Source: Octopus bimaculoides | Taxonomy: Eukaryota | NCBI RefSeq assembly: GCF_001194135.2 | Contig: NC_069005.1 | Span: forward strand, 7,299,109 to 7,363,108 | Reading direction: 5' to 3' | DNA: 64,000 nucleotides | Part shown: positions 24,850-37,669 of the stretch, in pieces | How positions within the stretch are numbered: position 1 is the stretch's first letter | Layout of the letters: each line of letters starts with the position of its first letter | Notes under the pieces: generated by a model | What the model was told of the DNA's origin: nothing | Databases searched by the model: none | The model's input: the letters and a program-made list of their open reading frames with translations, nothing else | Position numbers and translations under genes: made by a program

Positions 24850-25345
24850 TCTGGGTAAAGTTCAGAGCTCCTACATCTGCTGGTGACAAAGTGCCTCTCG
24901 CTCAGAGTGAAAAGTAGACTGTATGATGCATGTGTACAAACAGCCATGCTACACAGCAGTGAAACATGGGCTGTAACTGCTGAGGACATGCACAGGCTTG
25001 AAAGAAATGAAGCTAGTATGCTCCACTGGATGTGTAATGTCAGTATGCATACATGACAGAGTGTAAGCACCCTGAGAGAAAAGTTGGACATAAGCAGCAT
25101 AAGATGTGGTTTGCTAGAAAGACAACTGCACTGGTACGGTCATGTGTTGCGTATGGATGAGGACAGCTGTGTGAAGAAGTATCACACCCTAACAGTGGAG
25201 GGAACCTGTGGAAGAGGTAGACCCAGAAAGACATGGAATAAGGTGGTGAAATACAACCTTTGAACATTGGGCCTCTCAGAGGCAATGACAAGTGACGAAG
25301 ACCTTTGGAGATATGCTGTGCTTGAGAAGACCCGGCAAACCAAGT
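24850..25345 (+). mobile_element. RTE-clade LINE 3' fragment
   Basis: Reads RLYDACVQTAMLHSSETWAVTAEDMHRLERNEASMLHWMC...LHWYGHVLRMDEDSCVKK...GRGRPRKTW, typical of the RTE C-terminal region. Confidence 0.9.
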
Positions 25346-25444
25346 GAGATCATAGCCAAGGCCGATGGCTGTGTCATTTAACCAGCCTGTTTAAAAGTAC
25401 CCTTCAATTATTGGGCAATATGCTGTGCTTGAGTCAAGTGAGAT

Positions 25445-25590
25445 CATATAAGTTTGTGTTTGTTGTATGACTCTTCCAGGAGACATTGAGTGCCATTCTA
25501 AGCATCCTCGTATAACAACCATTCAACTGCTGCTTCAATGATGAGAAAATGATTTTAGCTGCTGCATCTAGTAGGTCTAGGTGGCCACAT
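25445..25590 (-). mobile_element. Fragment of a second RTE-type LINE
   Basis: Reads LNGCYTRMLRMALNVSWKSHTTN, matching the RTE-1-like YTRMLR.ALN.SW motif. Confidence 0.7.
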
Positions 25591-26439
25591 AACATATTTT
25601 CTGGAACAAGTTGAATATTTTCAGACCAAAATTTACAGCCAAAAAAATTGGTCAACTTATACAACAAGACAACTTAACCAAGAGTTACCTATTGGCTACC
25701 CTTATCTGCTTTAGCCAACTAGTTGAAGCAGTTTACAGGGACTGTGACTGCGGTTATATGCAAACAGCGACTTGGAATCACAGGTGCAAGTTAGGCACCT
25801 GGTGGAGACTGAAGCGAATGAACCACACCTAAGAGGGCAATGTGTTCTCCACTGTCAAAGGTGCTGCCCCTCCCTGACACCTCATATACCCCAGTCCTAG
25901 AGGTCAAATGGTCAAAGAATGGTTTGATTGTCCCCATCCCATCTTCAGCATTGCATTATGCCTGTCATCAAGACATTAAACCAGAATTTTCTAAACTTTC
26001 AACATTGATGACACACTTTCTAAAAATAATATTTTTGTGTCATACTAGTTAAGCTCTGTCAGCAATTAATTAGCATATCCTATGTCATTAGTCATATTTG
26101 TAATTCACAAATCATGTGTCATCAGTCATATACCTAATTAGCATATTGTGTGTCATTAATCATGTCAGTATGGGCCTGTTGTAGACGACACATGCCCCAG
26201 GTGCCATGCAGTAGCACTGAACCTATGAGTAATGAAATTCAATTATTTAAAAAGAGAGTAAAAAATACACTGGATCATGTAGTCCTGGAAACACTGTAAA
26301 GAAAGTTGAGATGGTCATGCCTGGAACACTTTTGATCACACACCTACTTGTTCATGTTAAACTTGGACTAAGAAGATTTAATGTTACATCTAGTTCCAGA
26401 CACCCCAACCTCCAGTTCCTAGATCCTTGGGGATCTTTA

Positions 26440-26815
26440 GTAGAGTACACACTTTGGCAGCGTACATACTTTAGAAGAGAACACACTTTAGTGAAGTACG
26501 TACTTTAGCAGAGTACACATTTTAGTAGAGTACAGAGTTTAGCTGAGTACACACTTTAGCAGCGTATACACTTTAGCAGAGTACATACTTTAGCAGCCTA
26601 TACGTTTTAGTAGAGTACACAATTTAGCTGAGTACATGCTTTAGCAGAGTACACACTTTAGAAAAGTGCAGAGTTTAGCTGAGTACACACTTTAGCAGAG
26701 TACATGCTTAAGCAGAGTATACACTTTAGCACCATACACAGTTTAAAGAAGAATATACTTTAGCAGAGTATGCACTTTAGCGAAGTACATACCTTAACAG
26801 AGTACACATGGTTGC
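26440..26815. repeat. 17-bp minisatellite, about 22 copies
   Basis: Unit TTTAGCAGAGTACACAC with point variants. Confidence 0.9.
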
Positions 26816-27139
26816 TAGCATTTGGACTCAATCCTCAGTCTCAAGGAGGTTTATTTCACTCCTTCTTCGTAGGTGTATATATGTGTAGAGATGAAGAATT
26901 GTGTGTATGTATATGTAGGTGTGTGTATGTGTATCATCATCATCATTTAATATCCGTTTTCTATGCTGACACAGGTTCAATAGTTTGACAGGAGCTGCAC
27001 CACATTCCAATTGTCTGTTTTAAAAATGTTAACATTAAATTAATAAGATGTCTTATGCAATAAGTTGTGTTGTATACAAGACTACTTGTCTTTTATTATA
27101 TGCAAAGAAAATTTAGGGTAGTGAACTGATAAAGAAACA

Positions 27140-27420
27140 AATACAGAAAAAAGGGGCCATATTCACAAGTGATGGAGAGCAGGAGGTTGAACTGGATGCT
27201 TGAATTCCAGGTGTTGATACAGTGATGTATCAACTCCAGTGTTTAATCCTTAGAAGAAGAGAGGCTGGTAAAAAAAAAAACCCAAATTTCTTGTCTTCAA
27301 TTTGGCTTTTGTGCCCATCCTCACCTATGGTAATGATTGAAAGAGTACAATTGTGAGTGCAAGCAGCTGAAATGTGGTTCCTCCGATGGATCTCTGGAGT
27401 AGTTCTCACTTGGTCATGCT
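27140..27420 (+). mobile_element. RTE (Rex3/Expander-like) LINE fragment
   Basis: Degenerate frames give IFTSDGEQEVELDA, AFVPILTYG and VQAAEMWFLRWISGV. Confidence 0.6.
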
Positions 27421-27612
27421 TGAGAATCCAGCCAGAAAGTCTAATGACTGCTTCTGGTAGGAACACTATGTTGGAGATATCTGAAGACTCTACCCCAACA
27501 AATCTCCCATGAAGAGTGATGGTGGTGATAGGGGAGAGGAAGGTGGATAGGTGGAACTGGTAAAGAGTTCAAATACAGAAAAAAAAGATGGTTAAGAAAC
27601 ACTTCTCTAAGC

Positions 27613-27824
27613 CAGCATTTTTCAAACTGTGCGTCTGGACCCTTCAGTGGGTTGCAAGATAAATAAAATGGGTCACAACAAAAAGAAAAAAAGGAAAGAA
27701 AAAAATGCAAGTGGGTGCAAAGTGCAGAATATAAACCAGCATTTTTCAAACAGTGGGGCCTAATCTTTCAGTGGGTTGTGAGATAAATAAAATGGGTCGC
27801 AACAAAACAGTTTGAAAAATGCTG
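27613..27824. mobile_element. hAT (Charlie-like) MITE with internal tandem duplication
   Basis: TIR CAGCATTTTTCAAACTG / CAGTTTGAAAAATGCTG and a perfect 8-bp TSD CTCTAAGC (27605-27612, 27825-27832). Confidence 0.85.
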
Positions 27825-28369
27825 CTCTAAGCCATGCAAAAAGCCATAATGTCATGGAATTTTGTGCTTTTGAAGAAGGATTTTGACCAAGGAAAGAATA
27901 CAATTGTCTGGATGTGTGAGGAAAGGAGAAGTGAGTTTTGGAAAATGATAACTATGATAGTCTTGGCAATCCAAAGGAAGAGGATTACAAAGAAATGAGA
28001 AGGAAGGTTGGTAGCAACTAGCTTTGTTATGATTCTAACTATTTCTTAATATATTAACCTATCTCCTAAGGCGGTGAGCTGACAGAATCATTAGCATGCC
28101 AAGCAAAATGCTTAGTGGCATTTCGTCCATCTTTTACATTCTGAGTTCAAATTCCGTTGAGGTTGACTTTGCCTTTCATCCTTTCAGGGTCAATGAAATA
28201 AGTACCAGTTGAGTACTGAAATCAAGAACCAACTTAAGCACTCTTTTGGAATTGCTAGTCCTGTGCCAAATTTTGAAACCAATAAATTAACCATCTCCAG
28301 AAAATCTTGTTTGTAAAGATGAATTAGGATCTTGGAAAAAGATAAACTCTGGCCAGATTGATGATCCCA

Positions 28370-28750
28370 TTTAAAAGGATTAACTGTGATCACATGTAAA
28401 AGGATTAACTGTGATCACATGTAAAATGATTAACTACAATCATTTGTAAAAGGATTAACCATGATCATATATAAAAGGATTAACTGTGATCACATACAAA
28501 AGGATTATCTGTAATCACATACAAAAGGATTAACTGTGATCACATGTAAAAGGATTATCTGTGATCACATGTAAAAGGATTAACTGTGATTACATTTAAT
28601 GGATTAACTCCAATCACATGTAAAAGGATTATCCATAATCACATATAAAAGGATTAACTGTGATCACATATGATCATATGTAAAAGATTAACTATAATTA
28701 CATATAAAAGGATTGATTATAATTACATATAAAAGGATTAACTATGATTA
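28370..28750. repeat. 25-bp minisatellite, about 14-15 copies
   Basis: Unit AAAAGGATTAACTGTGATCACATGT. Confidence 0.9.
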
Positions 28751-29178
28751 AGTTGCTCAAATTCAATAGAAATCCTGCTTGTAAAAAAAGTAGATAAATT
28801 CTTGATTTGGTTGATATAAGACAGAAAAAACTCTAACATGAGATATAAAAGGGAAACAATGGTGAGCTTTATATTTTCTTTAAAACCTTGGCAGTTATTT
28901 CCTACTAAGAGCTTGGCTTATTCTATTCATTGTGAATGTTTGGCTTAACTCATTGAATGTGGAAAGCAGAATTTATTACAGATAACTGTAGGAAGCAGTT
29001 TTACTCCACAGCTGTGAAAAAGCCTTCCCTTATACTGTAAGAAATGAAGATATCCTTTGTGACACTTTATACGAAAGACAATTTTTTAAAGATTTTCTGA
29101 AATTGTTCATCTATTTCATCAAATATCTCTTTACAGAGCAAGAGTCAAATACTTTTAGTGATGGATGTGTAAATTATA

Positions 29179-29603
29179 CCATAAATCCTTGAGTATAATC
29201 CGCACTTTTTTCCCAAAATTTAAAGGTAAAAATTTCTAGCGCGTACTATATATGAGGTTAAAAATGAAAAATATTTTCCAACCAAAATTTTCTAAGTGAT
29301 AAATATGTAAAGGCAATTTACTTAATATTTATTTTTCGCTAACGTTATTACTGTTATTTCTTTATTTTCTGCAAACACAGTGCACAAAAAGGCTACATGT
29401 TTGCATTATGTTATATATACAATAATAATAAAGGATGTTACCGTATATATGTTTACAAACCAAGGACGTTATATAGACCTCCTTGACTCAAGTTAGAGAA
29501 GCGGTGTGTATTATACGCAAGGTTTAGGTTTTTCAGAGGTACAGCCCCCTAAAAATCCCCTGTGTATTATACTCAAGTGTGGACTATACTTGAGGATTTA
29601 CGG
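29179..29603. mobile_element. Tc1/mariner-superfamily (Tigger/Tc2-like) non-autonomous element
   Basis: TA|CCATAAATCCTTGAGTATAATCCGCAC ... GTGGACTATACTTGAGGATTTACGG|TA. Confidence 0.8.
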
Positions 29604-29705
29604 TACCTACAGGAGATACTGAAAATGTATTGCGGAAGCAGGAAAATATAAATTCCATTTTTGGTGAATAATTATCATTACAGGAATGATGATGAAATTT
29701 AAAGG

Positions 29706-30745
29706 TGCAGACATGGCTATATGGTAAGAAGCTTGCTTCCTAATAACATAGTCCCAGGTTCAGTCCCACTGTGTGGGCAAGTATCTTTTACATTGTGAGC
29801 TTTTACATTCTTTTACGTTCAGGTCAACCAAAGTCTTGTGAGTAGATTTGGTAGATGGGAACTGAAAGAAGCCTGTCGTATATATATATATATATATATA
29901 TNNNNNNNNNNNNNNNNNNNNNNNNNNNNNNNNNNNNNNNNNNNNNNNNNNNNNNNNNNNNNNNNNNNNNNNNNNNNNNNNNNNNNNNNNNNNNNNNNNN
30001 NNNNNNNNNNNNNNNNNNNNNNNNNNNNNNNNNNNNNNNNNNNNNNNNNNNNNNNNNNNNNNNNNNNNNNNNNNNNNNNNNNNNNNNNNNNNNNNNNNNN
30101 NNNNNNNNNNNNNNNNNNNNNNNNNNNNNNNNNNNNNNNNNNNNNNNNNNNNNNNNNNNNNNNNNNNNNNNNNNNNNNNNNNNNNNNNNNNNNNNNNNNN
30201 NNNNNNNNNNNNNNNNNNNCTTCTACTATAGCCTCGGGCCAACCAAAGCCTTGTGAGTGGATTTGGTAGACGGAAACTGAAAGAAGCCCGTCGTATATAT
30301 GTATATGTATATATGTGTTTCTGTGTTTGTCCCTCCAACATCGCTTGACAACTGATGCTGGTGTGTTTACGTCCCCGTAACTTAGCGGTTTGGCAAAAAG
30401 ATACCAATAGAATAAGTACAAGGCTTATAAAGAATAAGTCCTGGGGTCGATTTGCTCGACTAAAGGCGGTGCTCCAGCATGGCCGCAGTCAAATGACTGA
30501 AACAAGTAAAAGAGAGTATATGTATGTATGTATATATGTATATATGTGTGTGTCTGTGTTTACCCGCACCATCGCTTGACAGCCGATGTTGGTGTGTTTA
30601 CATTAACGCAACTTAGCAGTTCAGCAAAAGAGACCGATAGAATACAAAGAAGAAATCCTGGGGTTGATTTCTTCGATTAAAAGCCCTTTAAGATAGTGCT
30701 CCAGCATGGCCGCAGTCAAATGACTGAAACAAGTAATAGACTAAA
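29706..30745 (+). mobile_element. SINE family A across a gap, followed by a tandem extra 3' half
   Basis: Head at ~29706, clean body 30220-30508, and a second 3' half at ~30540-30745. Further partial family A copies occur at ~2600, 4535, 4852, 11175, 11727, 31841, 36385, 38470, 40190, 42270, 43300 and 57055. Confidence 0.8.
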
Positions 30746-32408
30746 AGAGTGAATTATGCAGTAACAGGATTAAGTTCCAGTGAAATAAACAGCATAACGA
30801 TGGAACTGCATTCTGGTATTGACGAAGAAATATTCCAGTTTCTTCTATTAAGATACGCTCGTTAATTATCCTTTGGTTAAGCAGGGGAAGTTTCAATCAA
30901 TTTTGAGTAAAAGCTTTTTGTTTTTTCCCCCTCCTCTGAGCATTCGAGGATTGAAGAAGAAAGAGAATCAGCTAGGAACAAATTTGGCTAGCATCAAACA
31001 TGGCTGGCAAACTGCATACAAGAACTGCCTTTATAAAGTGTGATTGAACATTTTTGCAGTGATCAGCTTAGCTCCATCTTACTCTCATACTGTCACATGC
31101 ATGGCTGTGTGTTAGTCATATTCCAAATCATTAGAATCAATGCTATTTCCAAATAAGGGTAATGAGTTATCTATGAGTCAGATTAAAATATAACTATTTA
31201 AACTAAAACTAGATCATGATATTGGTAAAGGTGAAATTTAGGTCATATTAAAATTTAATCATTTAATCTAACACTAGATTTGGAGTCAGACCAAAATATA
31301 ATCATTTAACCTTCTTGTTACCATATTCCTGTTGAAATACGCTGCCTTTGCTTCAAATTAATGAAGAATTTAGTAAAATAACTTAGTCATTATTAACACT
31401 TTTGTTGCATTATTTCTATTGAAATACACTGTTCTCATCTCAATTAATTATAAAAATAATGAAGAGTTTAGTTAAAATAGCTTAATCATTATTTAACTTG
31501 ATGTTTGGAACATAAATTAACATGAAATTTTGATGGAAGATTTTAACTTAGATCACTTTAAAACAAAGTTTGTATGGCAGATCCAGGGATNNNNNNNNNN
31601 NNNNNNNNNNNNNNNNNNNNNNNNNNNNNNNNNNNNNNNNNNNNNNNNNNNNNNNNNNNNNNNNNNNNNNNNNNNNNNNNNNNNNNNNNNNNNNNNNNNN
31701 NNNNNNNNNNNNNNNNNNNNNNNNNNNNNNNNNNNNNNNNNNNNNNNNNNNNNNNNNNNNNNNNNNNNNNNNNNNNNNNNNNNNNNNNNNNNNNNNNNNN
31801 NNNNNNNNNNNNNNNNNNNNNNNNNNNNNNNNNNNNNNNTAGTACTCATTCTATCGGTCTCTTTTGCTGAACCGCTAAGTTACGGGGGACATAAACACAC
31901 CAACATCGGTTGTCAAGCGATGTTGGAGGGACAAACACAGACACACAAACATATATACATATACATATATACGACGGGCTTCTTTCAGTTTCCGTCTACC
32001 AAATTCACTCACAAGGCTTTGGTCGGCCCGAGGCTATAGTAGAAGACACTTGCCCAAGATGCCACGCAGTGGGACTGAACCCGGGACCATGTGGTTGGTA
32101 AGCAAGCTAATGAAAAATTTAGTAAAATAACTTAGTCATTATTAACACTTTTGTTGCATTATTTCTATTGAAATACACTGTTCTCATCTCAATTAATTAT
32201 AAAAATAATGAAGAGTTTAGTTAAAATAGCTTAATCATTATTTAACTTGATGTTTGGAACATAAATTAACATGAAATTTTGATGGAAGATTTTAACTTAG
32301 ATCACTTTAAAACAAAGTTTGTATGGCAGATCCAGGGATGGTCTCAGACATGTTGGTATCAAAAGGGTTAAAGAGATAGAATAATTGAGCTGGCTATGGC
32401 TGATTTAA

Positions 32409-32625
32409 CCCCCATGCATTCAGATTACTCTGTCAAGTGTAAAGCCTTTTTATTCACGTTGTTTTGAATTAATCATGTATTATCTCATAGAGTTGAGATT
32501 TTGATGTGATTATTTATTTTTAGAATGAAATTGTAGGGTAAGTGTGAGAGGCCAGATTTGGTCAGTTTGAATATAAAACAGGTAGAATACTTGAGCTGGT
32601 TGTGGTCAGTTCAAATGCTAAAAGG
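32409..32625. mobile_element. Second TTAA-flanked MITE family
   Basis: TTAA at both ends and right end AAATGCTAAAAGG|TTAA. Related sequence in the opposite orientation at ~9740-9930 and ~24725-24850. Confidence 0.55.
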
Positions 32626-32668
32626 TTAAAAAAAGACTGTCTTAGCAATCTTCAGTATATCAGATGTA

Positions 32669-33092
32669 CAGTCATGGCCAGAAGTTTGGAATATAGGTAT
32701 GAAAATTAGAATTATTATATTAAATGCCCAAAGATATATTTAATTAGCAAACCAGTAATCCCTCACCTTATCGCAGTTCACCTATTGGGGTTTATTATTT
32801 AAGCTTCCGTCAATTCCTCCATGGTGTGGTTTTGCATTTAAAATCATTTATATTATTTTTTAAAATATACAATACAATACTGTTTCTACTTTATGAATTT
32901 TCACCTATTGCAGAGGTTTTTGGAACATAACACCCAAGGGATTACTGTATATTATTACGTGGCCAAAAGTTTAGAATATAGGTCCAAAAATTAGAATTCT
33001 TATATTAAATTCCCAAATATATACGTTTCGAATCAAATTTGGCATAACAATTTTAATTTTTTTAAAATGTTCCAAACCTTTGGCTAAAACTG
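32669..33092. mobile_element. Tc1-like MITE containing a nested Tigger-like MITE (32753-32947)
   Basis: Outer ends TA|CAGTCATGGCCAGAAGTTTGGAA ... TTCCAAACCTTTGGCTAAAACTG|TA. Inner ends CAGTAATCCCT ... AGGGATTACTG|TA. Confidence 0.65.
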
Positions 33093-33347
33093 TACATATC
33101 ATACATTAGGTACAACAATAAAGATTGTCTTAGCAATCTTCAGTGAGACTGTAACAATCTAAGTTGTTCTAAAAAGAACCAGTTTTTCTTCTTAATCATT
33201 CTTTTAATGTTTATCTTGTTTGACAGATTACAAAAAAAAACCCACCATGACTTGCCATATTACATGTTATAAACTAAATGTGGTTTAGAAATCTTGTCTT
33301 AGTAATTTTTCACTCAGATTTTGATAACAGAACAAGTTGTTCTTTAA

Positions 33348-33568
33348 CCCTTTCGTTACTGTATTTATTTTGAGATGCTCTGTGTTTCTTTCAATTACTT
33401 TAAATATAACAAAGAATTTAGTAAAATAACTTAGTTATCACTCAGCTAGTGTTAGGAACATAATTTGTGACTAAGGTTTGGTGGAGGATTTTAATTCAAA
33501 ACTTATGAAAACAAGACATTTGTACTACAGAGCCAGAGCTGGTTTCAGCCAGGTTGGTAACGAAAGGG
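33348..33568. mobile_element. TTAA-targeting (piggyBac-like) MITE
   Basis: TTAA|CCCTTTCGTTAC ... GTAACGAAAGGG|TTAA. Related copies at 54879-55100, 55133-55217 (partial), 31310-32367 (interrupted) and ~8824-9720 (interrupted). Confidence 0.85.
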
Positions 33569-34266
33569 TTAAACTGTTTTTTTTTGTTATTTGTTTTGTT
33601 TTATCGTAATGTTTTGTTCTTTTGATTTTGTTTTTCTTTATGTGTTTGAGAAATTATGGAGAAGAAATGAAAAAATTTTTTAAAAAGTACTTTGATTGTC
33701 ATAACCTCACTGATGCTAAGAAAAGCTCTCTAAGTAATCCTCAGATATACTGTAAAAGAACTAGTCATTCTCTGAAAAGGCTAATATTACTTACACACCA
33801 TCAATCTTCATGTTCTGAGTTCAAATTCCACCAAAGTTGACTTTACTTTTCATTCTTTTGGGGTCGATAAAATAAACACCAGTTGAGCACTGGGGTTGAG
33901 CTCCATCCCCTGAAATTGCTGGCCTTGTGCCAAAATTTGAAATCACTATTACTTACACGCACACACACGACAGGCTGCTTTCAGTTTCTGTCTACCGAAT
34001 CAACTCTGGTGCAGCTTTCCACCTGGCCAGCTCTGGCCAAACCATCCAATCACTAGTGTAGCTAGTGGGAGTGGGGACTGCCCCAGGCAGCACTTTTAGG
34101 TCTGCTGAAGGCAATATGTGTTTTTTGTGGGGTCTAGGTGCGGCAAACAGAAGGGCCGCCCAAGGTGGAACACACTCTAGCTACACTAGTGCATCCAATT
34201 CATGCCGGCATGGAAAAAGGATGTCAAAGGAAGATGATGGTGATGTTGAATATAACCAGATGAGGT

Positions 34267-34975
34267 TTATTTTTCAACATAGTCCCCTTTGTGGCCCACA
34301 CACTTCTTCCATCGGTGTTGCAGTGCTTGGATCCCATTGGTGAAGTAGCTTTCATTCTGTTGGTCAAAAATCATCAACAGCAGATATGAGGCCTTCGTCA
34401 TTGTGATACTGGTTCCCAGCCAAGTGGTGTTTTGTTTTCTTTTTCATGTTGGAGAACAGATGATAGTCAGATGGGGTCAAATCAGGAGAATCATCATCAT
34501 CATCATTTAACATCCGCTTTCCATGCTAGCATGGGTTGGACGATTTGACTGAAGACTGGTGAACTAGATGGCTACACCAGGCTACAATCTGATTTGGCAG
34601 AGTTTCTACAGCTGGATACCCTTCCTAGCGCCAGAGTATGGAGGGTACTCAACCAATTCAAGACTCGTGTTCTGGAACATTGTCGCGCTGAAACAAGACC
34701 CTTTTGTCAGTTTTCCTGGGAGTTTAGTCTCAATAGCCTTTTGTAACTGCCTCAGCAACTTGGCACAGTACTCTCCATTAATGGTATGGCTCTTTTGAAG
34801 ACAGTCAACAAACACAATGCCTTTTGCATCCCCCCAAAACGAGACCATCACCTTCTCTGCAGATGAAACTACCTTGGCCTTCTTTGGAGCAAGTGGGGAA
34901 ATGTGTTATCTCTGAATGGGTTGTCTGTTTGTCTCTGGCTCAAAGTAATGAAACCAACACTCAACCTGGTTCAGG
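34267..34975 (-). mobile_element. mariner (DD34D-type) transposase remnant, interrupted by a SINE at ~34490-34632
   Basis: Minus-strand frames give HYFEPET, PKKAKVVSSAEKVMVSFWGDAKGIVFVDCLQKSHTINGEY, LELVEYPPYS|PDLTPSDYHLF and a C-terminal GDYVEK* (stop at 34267-34269). Confidence 0.85.
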
Positions 34976-35460
34976 TGAGAGTGTATAGTGAGTGAGTGTA
35001 TATAACAGGTGGGTGTGTATAATAGGTATATTAGGTGGGTGTGCATAGTGAGTGTATATAATTGCCAAATATGCATAGTAATTGCATGTACAGTAGGTGT
35101 GTACATCGGATGAATGTATAGTGTGTACACGATGTGAGTGTATATAGGTGAATGTATAGTGTGTACACTGTATGTATATAGTAGGCAAATGTGTATACTA
35201 GATGGGTGTGTACGGCGAGTGTATAGTAGGTGAATGTATAGTGTACACTATGTGAGTGTATATGATAGGCAAGTGTGTATACTAGATGAATGTGTACAGA
35301 GAGTGTATAGTAGGTGAATGTATATAGTGTGTACACTGTGTGTATATAGTAGGCAAGTGTGTATACTAGATGGGTGTGTACAGTAGGTGAAGTGTATAGT
35401 AGGTGAATGTTTATAGTAAGTGAGTGTATATAGTATGTGAATGTATATTATAAGTGTATA
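34975..35460. repeat. Degenerate minisatellite abutting the mariner remnant
   Basis: Recurrent GTGTATAGTAGGTGAAT and GTGTATACTAGATG units. Confidence 0.8.
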
Positions 35461-36828
35461 TAGCAGTCATGGTCAAACTGTGGCCTATGGACATTCAGGT
35501 AAATCCTTGAAATTTTTTTCCGTTAGTCGTGCAGTTCACCTGATGATGAATCATGAACGATGCAACCAGATTCTGCAAAAAAGGTTGTCCATGCTTGGTA
35601 CGAGTGATGTAAGAGCGAATTGGAAAGGTCAGTGTTGAAAAGAAGCCAAGAAAGGTCAGCGAGTGAGTGAAAGAAAAGTCAGCCTTTCATATTGGTCAAG
35701 TTGGAAGATACAAAAAAAAAAAAAAAGCCAGTGGTCAAAAGTAAGGGACAGATGCTGAGACAAAAAAGTGAGTAGTGGGTGAAGGGGTAGGGGTNNNNNN
35801 NNNNNNNNNNNNNNNNNNNNNNNNNNNNNNNNNNNNNNNNNNNNNNNNNNNNNNNNNNNNNNNNNNNNNNNNNNNNNNNNNNNNNNNNNNNNNNNNNNNN
35901 NNNNNNGGGGGGGGGGGACGAAGAAGATAGACTTGGTCTCATTGTTCACACACTGCCTTTATCATCATCATCACAACCATCATTACCATTTTTATTATCA
36001 CCATCCTCTCCTTGTCATCCCCTCCATCATTGTCCCTATTATCATCACCATCACCATCATAATCATCGTTACCATTGTCCCCCTCATCGTTATCATAATC
36101 ATCATCACCATATCCCCCTCCTCCTCCTCAACATTATCGTTTTTGGCAGCTATGGAGATGGTGCTAGCAGCAGTATCATCATCATCATCATCATCCCCCC
36201 CCCCCCTAACCAATATTTCTCTCACCAGCCCCCGTTAAAAATTACCAGCATGGGAAAGCTCACAAGGGAGTTTCTTTAGGATCACTCAAGCAGTTAGAAA
36301 TAGCAGCACCCTCCTTCACACCACCATCATCTTATGATGGACATGTTAGATCACATTAAATTTCTTCCAACCCCTTCAAGTTTTATTCTTTTGTTTCAAT
36401 CACTTGACTGTGGCCATGCTGGACCATAACCTTGAAGGGTTTTAGTCAAACAAGTTGACCCCAGGATTTTTTTTTAAGCCTAGTACTTATTCTATCGGTC
36501 TCTTTTTGCCAAACCGCTAAATTACAGGTATGTAAACGCACCAACACCAGTTATCAAGGAGGTGGTGGGGGACAAACACAGACACTTGCCCATACTGCCA
36601 CAGAGTGGGACTGAACCTGTAACCATGTAGTTGGGAAGCATCTTACCACACAGCCACACACGTGTCTACAAATTTTCTCCAGATTATTTTTTTTTTTAAA
36701 TGGAGTTCTGATGTAGTTTTGTATATTAATAACAGAAAGTGCATTCATGTTTTTTTCCCTAGAAATTAATGATAAAGAAGTTACAGGCATTTAAAGTTAT
36801 GTAATTTTGACTAATCAAAAACGTCAAT

Positions 36829-37102
36829 GGGTTCCCATTCCTAAGGTATTTTTCGGTGTTATTATTATTATTATTATTGTTCAGGTCACTGCTTCGATTC
36901 CAAGCAGTGACCTAAATAATAATAATAATATCGAAAAATACCTTAGGAATGAGAACCCAGGTTTGAAATTTCCCCAAGACACCTAAAGAAGGCTGGATGG
37001 TATATCAGCTGAAATGTTGTGTTAACAACAAACAAGATGAGGACAAATATCCGTTGAATGTAAATAATGTACATAATTCCTCATCTCTTAAATATAGAAC
37101 TG
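36829..37102 (+). mobile_element. Same hammerhead-like SINE family, copy 2 (~60-bp hairpin at the 5' end)
   Basis: 36829-36894 is the inverted copy of 36902-36958, folding back at the tRNA T-loop CGATTCC. The body and 3' end (…CTTAAATATAGAACTG) match copy 1. Confidence 0.75.
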
Positions 37103-37109
37103 TATTTCT

Positions 37110-37245
37110 ACAATTTCACCAACTCCAATACCTGGCTTCCTAATTCCCCCAATTGTAATCCAATGGATTACTATGTGTGGGCTGCAGTTGAGAAAAACAC
37201 CAACCACCCTGTTTGCAACACTGAGGCTGAATTGGTGACTTGGAA
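37110..37245 (+). mobile_element. Short Tc1/mariner-superfamily transposase C-terminal fragment (DD37D/maT-like)
   Basis: Reads WLPNSPNCNPMDYYVWAAVEKNTN, matching the WPPNSPDLNPLDYYVW motif. Confidence 0.55.
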
Positions 37246-37462
37246 ACAATAAGTACTGGGGTCAATTTGTTCGACTAAAGCCCTTCAAAGAGGTGCCCCA
37301 GCATGGCCATAGACTAATGACTGAAACAAGTACAAGATAAAAGACAAGAGATTAAACAGATATTCCAACAAAAAAAGACATGTTTAAATGATTTTATTAA
37401 AGAAAGATAAATTTGTTAAAAACTGGAGTTTAATGAAGGAAGCGTGGTCAGGTAATAAGTTA

Positions 37463-37669
<207 letters not shown>

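Noticed and set aside
26440-28750. Regular repeat arrays as possible CRISPR-like loci
   Set aside because: Contiguous tandem units without unique spacers in a eukaryotic context. These are ordinary minisatellites.
29137-29168. Exon-like segment (TTTACAG|...|GTAAAT)
   Set aside because: Splice-like signals are common by chance in AT-rich DNA. It abuts a MITE and gives no recognisable peptide.
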